From Thalassobaculaceae bacterium (GTDB lineage Bacteria > Pseudomonadota > Alphaproteobacteria > Thalassobaculales > Thalassobaculaceae), in contig OZ245843.1 of the NCBI GenBank assembly GCA_965228875.1, positions 1 through 64,000 on the forward strand: a stretch of 64,000 bases of DNA, in the 5' to 3' direction. The first letter of the stretch is position 1, and every line of letters starts with the position of its first letter. A program made the translations under genes and the position numbers. Shown in pieces: positions 55,729-64,000 of this stretch. The notes beneath the pieces were generated by a model. That model ran no database searches and had not been told where the DNA came from. It worked only from the letters and a program-made list of their open reading frames with translations.

Positions 55729-58230
55729 CTAGAGCTGCAGGCTCGCCTGCATGTCGCCGCCGATGGCCTCCTCGATGAGGCTCTCGGCGAAATCGTCCAT
55801 CAACGCCTCGACCGCGCCACCGGCGACCTGTTCGCGGCCGACCTCCAGCAGCACCGGCACCGCAAGCGGCGAGACCCGGTCTAGCCGGCGGTGGGTGATC
55901 CTTCCCTGCACGCCGACCAGCAGGTCCGAGAGCCTGCGGATGTCGGTCAGACCCCGCGCGGCGTCCTCGCGCGTCGCCTGAAGCAGGATATGGTCCGGCT
56001 GATGACGACGCAGGACATCGTATATCAGATCGGCGTTGAACGTGACCTGGCGTCCCGTCTTCTCGTGGCCCGGCAGCTTGCGTTCGATCAGCCCGGCGAT
56101 GACGGCGACGTTGCGGAAGGTGCGCTTGAGCAGGCTGGACTCGGCCATCCACTCCTCCAGGTCGTCGCCCAGCATGTCCTGGTCGAACAGCGCGTCGACA
56201 TCCTCGCAGGGTTTCACGGACCACACGGCGATGACGTAATCCGTGGCGACGAATCCGAGCGGGCCGAGCCCCATGCGCTCCATCCGTCTGGTCAGCAGCA
56301 TGCCGAGGGTCTGGTGCGCATTGCGCCCCGCGAAGGTATAGGCCACGAGGTATTCGCGGTCGGCGCGGGGAAAGGTCTCGACCAGCAGCCCGTCGGCCCG
56401 GGGCAGGACCGAGCGCCAGCGCTGCTGCTCCAGCCATTCCTCCACCGGGCCCGGCAGGGTCGGCCAGGCCGAACTGTCCTCCAGCAACCCCCGCACCCGT
56501 GTCGCCAGTTGCGTGGTGAGCGGCAGCTTGCCGCCCATATAGGCCGGGACCGCCGGCTCGCCCTCGCCGCCGGGGGAGCATTCCACGAAGTTCTCGCGCA
56601 TGCCCTGGAACGTCAGCAGCCGGCCGGAGAACAGGAAGGTGTCGCCGGGGCGCAGCCACTGGACGAAATACTCCTCGATCTCGCCCAGGATCCGGCCGCG
56701 GCCCATGCGCACCTTCACGACGGCAGCCTCGACGATGGTGCCGACGTTCATCCGGTAGGACTGGGCCACCCGCTTGTCAGCCACCTCCAGGCGGCCGTCT
56801 TCGGTCTCCCGGATGCGCTGGAACCGCTCATACGCCGTGAGCGCGTAGCCGCCGGTGCGCACGAACTCGACCACGGCATCGAAGGTCGCGCGCGGCAGGT
56901 CGGCATAGGGGGCGGCGGCGGTCACCTCGGCGTAGAGCGCGCCCGGGTCGAACGGCGCCGAGCAGGCGGTGCCGAGCACATGCTGGGCCAGCACGTCGAG
57001 CCCGCCCGGGCGCGGCGGATCGCCGTCCAGTTCACCCGCCCGCATGGCGTCGAGGGCGGCCTTGCATTCCAGCACCTCGAACCGGTTCGCCGGCACCAGC
57101 AGGGCCCGGCTCGGCTCGTCCAGCCGGTGGTTCGCCCGGCCGATGCGCTGCAGCAGCCGTGAGGTGCCTTTCGGTGCGCCGACCTGCAGCACCAGGTCGA
57201 CGGCCGCCCAGTCGATGCCGAGATCGAGGGACGAGGTGGCGACCACGGCGCGCAGGCCGCCCCGCGCCATCATCGCCTCGACCTTGCGCCGCTGCTCCGC
57301 CGCTAGACTGCCATGGTGCAGGGCGATGGGCAGGTGGTCCTCGTTGGCGTGCCACAGGGCCTGGAAGATCAGTTCGGCCTGAGCGCGGGTGTTGACGAAG
57401 ACCAGGGTCGTCCTGTGCGCTCGTATCGCGTCGTAGATCTGAGGAAGCGCGTAGAGCCCCATATGCCCGGACCAGGGCAGGCGCGCGTCGTCCGTCGCAC
57501 CCGACGGCAGCAGGATCCTCACCTCGGCCCGCGCCGCCTCGCCGCCGCGCACGACCGTCACATCATCGGCCGGTGCCCGACCGGTCTTCGACAGATACGC
57601 CTCCAGCGCTGCCGGATGGGCCACAGTGGCCGACAGCCCGACCCGCCGCGCGTCCGGCGCCAGGGTGGCGAGCCGGGCCAGCGCGAGGGCCAGCAGCTCG
57701 CCCCGCTTGGTGCCGGCGAGCGCGTGCAACTCGTCGACGACGACACAACGCAGGCCGGCGAAGATCGCGCCCGCATCCGGATATGACAGCAGCAGGGCCA
57801 AGCTCTCCGGCGTGGTCAGCAGGATATGCGGCGGTTTGCGGCGCTGGCGCTGGCGTTTGGAGGTCGGGGTGTCGCCGGTGCGGGTCTCGGCGGTGACGGC
57901 GAGGCCGATCTCCTCGATGGGGGCGGTGAGGTTGCGGTGGATGTCGACCGCTAGCGCCTTCAGCGGCGAGATGTACAGCGTGTGCAGCCCGTCGCGCGGC
58001 GTCTCCGCCAGCTCGACCAGGGAGGCGAGAAACCCGGCCAGCGTCTTGCCCCCGCCGGTCGGGGCGATCAGCAGCGCCGACCGGCCTTCCCGCGCGGCGG
58101 CGAGCATCTCGAGCTGATGCGCATGCGGCGCCCAATCCTTCGCCGCGAACCACGCCTCGAACGCGGGCGGCAGGGCGGCCGGGGAAGGGGTGGGCAGGGG
58201 ACGGGCCGGTACGGGAGAGGCGGGGTTCAT
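55729..58230 (-). CDS. lhr: Ligase-associated DEXH-box helicase (Lhr-core)
   Basis: APTGGGKT, SPLKAL, DELH, SAT, HHGSL, ATSSLDLGID and QRIGRANHR motifs; ~830 aa. Confidence 0.92.
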   Translation of the reverse strand: MNPASPVPARPLPTPSPAALPPAFEAWFAAKDWAPHAHQLEMLAAAREGRSALLIAPTGGGKTLAGFLASLVELAETPRDGLHTLYISPLKALAVDIHRNLTAPIEEIGLAVTAETRTGDTPTSKRQRQRRKPPHILLTTPESLALLLSYPDAGAIFAGLRCVVVDELHALAGTKRGELLALALARLATLAPDARRVGLSATVAHPAALEAYLSKTGRAPADDVTVVRGGEAARAEVRILLPSGATDDARLPWSGHMGLYALPQIYDAIRAHRTTLVFVNTRAQAELIFQALWHANEDHLPIALHHGSLAAEQRRKVEAMMARGGLRAVVATSSLDLGIDWAAVDLVLQVGAPKGTSRLLQRIGRANHRLDEPSRALLVPANRFEVLECKAALDAMRAGELDGDPPRPGGLDVLAQHVLGTACSAPFDPGALYAEVTAAAPYADLPRATFDAVVEFVRTGGYALTAYERFQRIRETEDGRLEVADKRVAQSYRMNVGTIVEAAVVKVRMGRGRILGEIEEYFVQWLRPGDTFLFSGRLLTFQGMRENFVECSPGGEGEPAVPAYMGGKLPLTTQLATRVRGLLEDSSAWPTLPGPVEEWLEQQRWRSVLPRADGLLVETFPRADREYLVAYTFAGRNAHQTLGMLLTRRMERMGLGPLGFVATDYVIAVWSVKPCEDVDALFDQDMLGDDLEEWMAESSLLKRTFRNVAVIAGLIERKLPGHEKTGRQVTFNADLIYDVLRRHQPDHILLQATREDAARGLTDIRRLSDLLVGVQGRITHRRLDRVSPLAVPVLLEVGREQVAGGAVEALMDDFAESLIEEAIGGDMQASLQL

Positions 58231-58294
58231 CAGGCGAGTATGTGGGGCGGGAAGAGGGAGGGGCAAACGGGAGTGCGCCCACCACCCGTCGCCA

Positions 58295-59104
58295 TTACCC
58301 CCGCAGGGTCGGGAACTCCTCGCCGTGCAGCGGCTCGCCGTGGCTCAGGGTCACGTCGGGGAAGGGCGGAGAGACCTCGCCCCCGCGCTTCACGTAGACC
58401 ACGTCGTCGCCGCAGAACCGGGCGGCGAAGGCGCGGCGACGGTTGCCGCCCGCTCCCGGATTGCCGGGCGCGCCGTGCACGGTCAGGAACGAAAAGGCGA
58501 TGGCGTCGCCCGGTTCCATGTCCCAGCCGAGGATGGTGTGCTCGCCGCGCTCAAGCTCGATGTCCGGAAGCGGCTCCAGCCCCTCGTCGGCGCGGTCGTA
58601 GGCCTCGCCCTTGAACTTGGTCGGCAGAAAGCGTTTGCCCCAGGCGTGGGAGCCGGCGATGAACTCGACGCAGACCTCCCGCGGCACCGGGTCCAGCGGA
58701 ATCCAGAGCGAGCAGGTCTTGGTACCCTCGATGCAGTAGTAGGGCTGGTCGTGGTGCCAGGGGGTGCGTTCCTCGGTTCCCGGTTCCTTCACCAGCACGT
58801 GCTCGTGGAACAGCACGACCTTGCGCGAGCCCATCAACTGGCCGGCGAGGTCGGCGGCCGGCGAATTTTTCAGGAAGTCCTCGTATTCCGGAATCCGCCG
58901 CCAGTTGCAGTAGTCGCCGAAGAAGAAGCCGGGCCGGCCTTCGGCCGTGTAGGTCTTGGCGTAGGTGCCGGGCTCCCGCATGTTACGCTCGATCCCGTCG
59001 CGCAGTTCGGCGATCCATTCCTTGGCGAACACGCCGGAGAGCTTCACCGCTCCGTCGCGGCGGAAATGGTCGACGGTGGCGGTGTCGATGGGGGTCTGTG
59101 ACAT
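58295..59104 (-). CDS. PhyH-family Fe(II)/2-oxoglutarate dioxygenase
   Basis: TPWHHD, WIPLD, GSH.W, PGD and HGA motifs. Confidence 0.88.
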   Translation of the reverse strand: MSQTPIDTATVDHFRRDGAVKLSGVFAKEWIAELRDGIERNMREPGTYAKTYTAEGRPGFFFGDYCNWRRIPEYEDFLKNSPAADLAGQLMGSRKVVLFHEHVLVKEPGTEERTPWHHDQPYYCIEGTKTCSLWIPLDPVPREVCVEFIAGSHAWGKRFLPTKFKGEAYDRADEGLEPLPDIELERGEHTILGWDMEPGDAIAFSFLTVHGAPGNPGAGGNRRRAFAARFCGDDVVYVKRGGEVSPPFPDVTLSHGEPLHGEEFPTLRG

Positions 59105-59137
59105 GGCGGCCTCCCATGGGAACTCTGGGAAAGGCTA

Positions 59138-59170
59138 GATCAGATCACAATCGAAAGGAAAGATCTGATC
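59138..59170. promoter_or_regulatory. Perfect 9-bp inverted repeat upstream of the PhyH gene
   Basis: GATCAGATC-N15-GATCTGATC in an AT-rich patch. Confidence 0.55.
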
Positions 59171-59396
59171 GCGTGATTTGGTTCTATCTTTAAATGGCTT
59201 AGTTGGCAATTCACGGTGTCGGTCGCATCGAGCTGACCCGATCGCGTCCTCGCCGCATGTGGAGTAGCCGCCAGGGTCGACGGTGCGTCGCGGCTCCCAA
59301 CAATCGACACAAAGTGACGTTACTCACGGCGCCGTGGGCATGCGCGGCGGTGGCGCGTCTGCTAGGGTGGGGTTGGTTTCGGAGGATTGTGGAACG

Positions 59397-61841
59397 ATGC
59401 GCTGGCTGCTCGGGATCTTGACGCTTCTGCTGATCATGGGGATCGGCGGCGCCGGCGCCGTGCTGTACGGATTCCACCATTTCGGCCGCGGCCTGCCGGA
59501 CTACCAGTTCCTCAAGGATTACGAGCCGCCGGTCGTCACGCGGGTGCATGCCGGCGACGGCCGCCTGCTCGCCGAGTACGCCCGCAACAAGCGGGTGTTC
59601 GTGGCGATCGAGGCGATCCCCAAACGCATCGTGAAGGCGTTCCTGTCGGCCGAGGACAAGAATTTCTATTCCCACCCGGGCATCGACTTCACCAGCCTCG
59701 CCGCCGCGGTCGTCATCAACGTGAGGAACTACGGCACCGGCCGCCGTCCGGTCGGCGCGTCGACCATCACCCAGCAGGTGGCGAAGAACTTCCTCCTGAC
59801 CAACGAGGTGTCGATCGACCGCAAGGCCAAGGAGGCGATCCTGGCCTTCCGCATCGAGCGGGTCCTCAGCAAGGACCGGATCCTGGAGCTCTACCTCAAC
59901 GAGATCTATCTCGGCTTCGGCTCCTATGGGGTGGCGGCGGCGGCGCTCAACTACTTCGACAAGCCGCTGGCCGAGCTGACGATCGCGGAGTCCGCCTACC
60001 TCGCGGCCCTGCCGAAGGCGCCCAACAACTACCACCCGACCCGCAAGCTTGCCGCCGCGGTCGCCCGGCGCAACTGGGTGATCGGGCAGATGGTCGAGAA
60101 CGGCTTCATCTCCGAGGCCGAGGCCAGCGCCGCCCGGGCGGAGCCGCTCACGGTCAAGCCGGCCTCGACCGGGGACGTTGCCTCGGCCGACTATTTCGCC
60201 GAGGAGGTCCGCCGCGACCTGATCGATCGCTATGGCGACAGCGGCCTGTACGAAGGCGGTCTGTCGGTGCGCACGACCCTCGACCCGCATCTGCAGCGCC
60301 TCGCGGAGAAGGCGTTGCGCCAGGGCCTTGAGGAGTACGACCGGCGCCATGGCTGGCGCGGGCCGGTGGGCCGGATCGAGATCGTCGCCGGCTGGGGCGA
60401 TGCGCTGGCCAAGGTCGAGCGGCCGGCCGGTCTCGGCGACTGGCGGCTCGGCGCCGTCGTCAAGGCGGAGGCCAGGAAGGCGGTCATCGGCTTCCCCGAC
60501 GGCACGCTGGCCGCGTTGCCCTACGGGGAGATGAAATGGGCGCGCGAATGGCTGGAGGGTCAGCGTTTCGGCGGCACACCCAAATCCGTGACCGAGGTGC
60601 TGTCGGTCGGCGACGTCGTGCCGGTCGAGCCCGTGACCGAGAACGCCGACGGCGAACCCTACGGGGAAGCCACGGTCGCCCTGCGCCAGATCCCCGATGT
60701 CGGCGGCGCGCTGGTGGCGATGGACCCGCATACCGGCCGGGTGCTGGCGATGACCGGCGGCTACAGCGCCGAGATGAGCGAGTTCAACCGCGCCACCCAG
60801 GCGCAGCGCCAACCGGGGTCGGCGTTCAAGCCGATCGTCTATCTCGCCGGGCTGGACAGCGGCTACACCCCGGCGACGCGGATCCTCGACGCACCTTTCG
60901 TCCTCGACCAGGGGCCGGGTCTGCCGAAGTGGAAACCGGCGAACTACTCCAAGGAGTTCTACGGGCCGACGCCGATGCGGGTCGGGATCGAGAAGTCGCG
61001 GAACCTGATGACCATCCGCCTGGCTCAGACCATCGGCATGGAGAAGGTCGTCCAATATGCCCAGCGCTTCGGCGTGGTCGACCGGATGGAGCCGCACCTG
61101 TCGTTCTCGCTCGGTGCGGCGGAGACCACGCTTATGCGGATCACCACGGCCTACGCGATGCTGGTCAACGGCGGCAAGCGGATCACCCCGTCGCTGTTCG
61201 ACCGGGTGGTCGACCGCCACGGCAGGACGGTTTACCGACACGACGCCCGGTCCTGCGTCGGCTGCTCGGTCGCGTCCTGGGACGGCGGCCCGCCGCCGAC
61301 CATCCCCGACACCCGCGAACAGATCGCCGACCCGGCCTCGGCCTATCAGGTCGTGTCCATGCTCGAAGGGGTGGTCCGGCGCGGCACCGGCCGGCGCATC
61401 GCCGAACTCGGCAAGACCCTGGGCGGCAAGACCGGAACCACCAACGACAATACCGATACCTGGTTCGTCGGCTTCTCCCCGGACCTCGCGGTCGGCGTGT
61501 TCGTCGGCTTCGACCAGCCGCGCACGCTCGGAAGGCGCGACACCGGGTCGAGCGTCGCGGCGCCGATCTTCAAGCTGTTCATGAAGGACGCGTTGGACGG
61601 GGTGGTCACCCCCGACTTCCGCATTCCGCCGGGGGTGCGCATGGTGTGGATCGACCGCGAGACCGGTGCCCGCGCCAATCCCGGCGCCTCGGGCGCGATC
61701 CTCGAGCCGTTCAGGCCGGGGACCGAGCCGGACGGCGAGAGTTTCGTGATCGACGGCGGGGTCGCCTCCGCACCGGGTGCCTCGGCCCCGGCCTCCGCAC
61801 CCGCCGCTCCTGTTGCGACCAGCGGGTCCGGGCTCTATTAA
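59397..61841 (+). CDS. mrcA: Penicillin-binding protein 1A
   Basis: Glycosyltransferase motifs EDKNF..H.G, GASTITQQ, RK..E, ELYLN; transpeptidase SAFK, SRN, KTG; upstream of prfB. Confidence 0.95.
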   Translation: MRWLLGILTLLLIMGIGGAGAVLYGFHHFGRGLPDYQFLKDYEPPVVTRVHAGDGRLLAEYARNKRVFVAIEAIPKRIVKAFLSAEDKNFYSHPGIDFTSLAAAVVINVRNYGTGRRPVGASTITQQVAKNFLLTNEVSIDRKAKEAILAFRIERVLSKDRILELYLNEIYLGFGSYGVAAAALNYFDKPLAELTIAESAYLAALPKAPNNYHPTRKLAAAVARRNWVIGQMVENGFISEAEASAARAEPLTVKPASTGDVASADYFAEEVRRDLIDRYGDSGLYEGGLSVRTTLDPHLQRLAEKALRQGLEEYDRRHGWRGPVGRIEIVAGWGDALAKVERPAGLGDWRLGAVVKAEARKAVIGFPDGTLAALPYGEMKWAREWLEGQRFGGTPKSVTEVLSVGDVVPVEPVTENADGEPYGEATVALRQIPDVGGALVAMDPHTGRVLAMTGGYSAEMSEFNRATQAQRQPGSAFKPIVYLAGLDSGYTPATRILDAPFVLDQGPGLPKWKPANYSKEFYGPTPMRVGIEKSRNLMTIRLAQTIGMEKVVQYAQRFGVVDRMEPHLSFSLGAAETTLMRITTAYAMLVNGGKRITPSLFDRVVDRHGRTVYRHDARSCVGCSVASWDGGPPPTIPDTREQIADPASAYQVVSMLEGVVRRGTGRRIAELGKTLGGKTGTTNDNTDTWFVGFSPDLAVGVFVGFDQPRTLGRRDTGSSVAAPIFKLFMKDALDGVVTPDFRIPPGVRMVWIDRETGARANPGASGAILEPFRPGTEPDGESFVIDGGVASAPGASAPASAPAAPVATSGSGLY

Positions 61842-61894
61842 GTCCCTCGACCGTCTTTCCAACCAGGACGGACCTCACTTGCATGGAGGGCGCG

Positions 61895-63026
61895 ATGCGC
61901 GCCGAGACCACCCAGACACTCGATGAGATCAAGCAGTCGATCGAACTGCTGAGGAGGCATCTTTGACTGGGATGCCGCGCTGACCCGGCTGTCCGAACTG
62001 GACGCCCTGACCCAGGACCAGAGCCTGTGGGACGACCCCGACCGCGCGCAGAAGCTGATGCAGGAGCGCACGCGGCTGGAGAAGCAGATCGAGGACGTGA
62101 AGGCGCTCGACCAGGCGGTCGAGGATTCCGTCATGCTGATCGAGCTCGGCGAGGCGGAGGGCGACGACGACACCGTCGCCGAGGCCGAGAAGGAGCTGGA
62201 GGCGGTCCGCGCCAAGGCCGAGAAGATGCAGATCGAGAGCATGCTGTCCGGCGAGGCCGACCCGCTCGACTGCTATCTCGAGGTCCATGCCGGCGCCGGC
62301 GGCACCGAGGCCCAGGACTGGGCGGAGATGCTGCTGCGCATGTACACCCGCTGGGCCGAACGCCACGGCTACAAGGTCGAATGGCTGGAAGAGAGCGCCG
62401 GCGAGGAGGCCGGGCTGAAATCGGCGACCGTGAAGATCTCCGGCCACAACGCCTACGGCTGGCTGAAGACCGAGAGCGGCGTGCACCGGCTGGTCCGGAT
62501 TTCCCCCTATGACAGCCAAGCGCGGCGCCACACCAGTTTCTCCAGCGCCTGGGTGTATCCGGTGGTGGACGACTCGATCGACATCGTCATCGAGGAGAAG
62601 GACCTTAAGATCGACACCTACCGGGCATCCGGTGCCGGCGGCCAGCACGTCAACCGGACCGATTCGGCGGTGCGGATCACCCACATTCCGACCAACATCA
62701 TCGTGCAGTGCCAGAACGACCGCTCGCAGCACCGCAACAAGGCGACGGCCATGGACATGCTGCGTGCCCGTCTCTACGAGGCGGAGCTGCAGCGCCGGGA
62801 GGAGGAGGCCAACGCCACCGAGGCGACCAAGTCCGACATCGGCTGGGGCCACCAGATCCGCTCCTACGTCCTGCAGCCCTACCAGATGGTCAAGGACCTG
62901 CGCAGCGGCCACGAGAGCGGCAACCCCTCGGCGGTGCTGGACGGCGACATCGATCCGTTCCTGGAGGCCTCCCTCGCCGGAAAGGTCGGGATGACCCGCG
63001 ACGGCAGCGACGCGGCGGCGGGGTAG
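61895..63026 (+). CDS. prfB: Peptide chain release factor 2 (programmed +1 frameshift)
   Basis: MRAE...LLRRHL then CTT TGA C; +1 frame continues DWDAAL...; [14 protein letters not shown] and WGHQIRSY motifs. Confidence 0.97.
61952..61967 (+). other. RF2 +1 frameshift cassette
   Basis: Internal SD AGGAGG, 3-nt spacer, then CTTTGAC. Confidence 0.96.
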
Positions 63027-63051
63027 GACGCGCCGCTATCCCGGACAGATA

Positions 63052-63100
63052 CTCCCCGGCAAAGGCCGGGGAGCGCGCGGATGAACCCGAAGGGGCATCC
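63052..63100. terminator. Hairpin pair between convergent prfB and amidase
   Basis: CTCCCCGGC-AAAG-GCCGGGGAG perfect stem, then an imperfect GGATG...CATCC stem. Confidence 0.55.
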
Positions 63101-63999
63101 TACTTCCGGAACCCGCTCATGTCCGGGGCGCGGCCGGCGCCGAGCACGGTCTCCAGCGCCATGGCGATGGACAGCATGCGGGCATCCTCGCCGCCCGGAC
63201 ACATGAGCTGCAGGCCGACCGGCAGGGCGGCGCCGAACTGATGAATCGGCAGCGAGGCGGCGCACAGGCGGAAGACGTTTCCCGGCTGGGTGTTGCGCGA
63301 CGCCTGCATGGCGCGGGCCGCCTCTTCGGGATGCTTCAGGTTCTCGACCGGCATCGGCACGAACGGACAGGTCGGCGCGATCCAGCCGTCCAGATCCTCG
63401 AACCGGGCGGCGGCGATCCGCTCCAGCTCCTGGCGGCGGTACTGTGCCGCCAGGTGCTCGACCGCCGAGACCTCGAGGCCATGCGCCGCCCGGTCCGCTG
63501 TGGTCGGATCCATCTCCGCGCGGGCGTTCTGGAAGCCTTCCGGCGTGAGGCGGGCGATCAGTTCCGGCGGCACGATGGCGGGGAAAAGCCGGGCGCGCTC
63601 CGCCGCCTCGGGAATGTCGACATCGACGATCTCCACACCGGCGGCGCTCAGTGCCACCAGTGCCGCCTCGACGGTACTGGCGACCTGATCGTCGAGATCC
63701 TCGAAGAAGAACGAGGTCGGGCGGCCGAGGCGCAACCCCTCCAGGCGCGCCGGCAGCGGCACGTCCTCGCCGGTCAGCACCGCGTGGATCAGCGCGGCAT
63801 CGCCGGCGTTGCGGGTCAGCGGGCCGATCGAGTCCAGGGTCGGGCTGAGCGGGAACACCCCGTCCGTCGGCCACAGGCCGACCGTGGTCTTGTGGCCGAA
63901 CAGGCCGGTGAAGGAGGCCGGAATCCGGACCGACCCGCCGGTGTCGGTGCCGAGGGCGAAACCGCACAGGCCGGCCGCCGTCGCCACCGCCGAGCCGCT
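63100..63999 (-). CDS. Amidase signature family protein (5' part beyond window)
   Basis: SGSAVA, GTDTGGSVRIPAS...G..GHK.T, LDSIGP and LPVGLQL motifs. Confidence 0.9.
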   Translation of the reverse strand, partial: SGSAVATAAGLCGFALGTDTGGSVRIPASFTGLFGHKTTVGLWPTDGVFPLSPTLDSIGPLTRNAGDAALIHAVLTGEDVPLPARLEGLRLGRPTSFFFEDLDDQVASTVEAALVALSAAGVEIVDVDIPEAAERARLFPAIVPPELIARLTPEGFQNARAEMDPTTADRAAHGLEVSAVEHLAAQYRRQELERIAAARFEDLDGWIAPTCPFVPMPVENLKHPEEAARAMQASRNTQPGNVFRLCAASLPIHQFGAALPVGLQLMCPGGEDARMLSIAMALETVLGAGRAPDMSGFRK

Positions 64000-64000
64000 G

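Noticed and set aside
59211..61862. Long antisense and alternate-frame ORFs (this 883-aa one; also 4579-6369, 9774-11843, 13826-15781, 44362-46599)
   Set aside because: Arg/Pro/Gly-rich shadows of real genes, expected from stop-codon scarcity at high GC; no motifs.
1..64000. tRNA, rRNA, IS elements, integrases, prophage or defence genes
   Set aside because: No cloverleaf, transposase, recombinase, phage or nuclease motifs seen by eye; a covariance-model scan would be needed to exclude small RNAs.

Overview
High-GC chromosomal segment of an alphaproteobacterium (Rhodospirillales-like gene order), almost fully coding, with about 51 CDSs. I found no tRNA, rRNA, CRISPR array, transposase or phage gene. 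Left to right: core envelope block (tolA end, tolB, pal, cpoB, tilS, ftsH, folP, glmM, thiD); a ~6 kb glucosylglycerol module (gpsA, HAD phosphatase and ggpS, divergent from gghA); a surface-glycan/secretion locus (1277-aa sulfotransferase + heptad-repeat coiled coil + double GT2 protein, a 97-aa orphan, PrtD/PrtE-type T1SS pair, pseC, PAS-like gene, pseB); a sulfur block (rhodanese, TauE, TIGR02186, USP, soeABC); mixed stress/metabolic genes (hutI, orphan ABC ATPase, GST, unknown/PilZ pair, pirin, wrbA, LysR); the MoxR operon facing DUF1285, Nudix and cca; sugE/gdx with a guanidine-II-like leader; Lhr-core helicase, PhyH dioxygenase, mrcA, frameshifted prfB and a partial amidase. The best candidate for an undescribed system is the single-polypeptide glycan polymerase/ruler/sulfate-capping protein beside the T1SS and pse genes. 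The glucosylglycerol module is second, with a 51-nt dyad in its divergent promoter and inverted repeats at its borders. All family calls come from reading motifs by eye; no database search was run.
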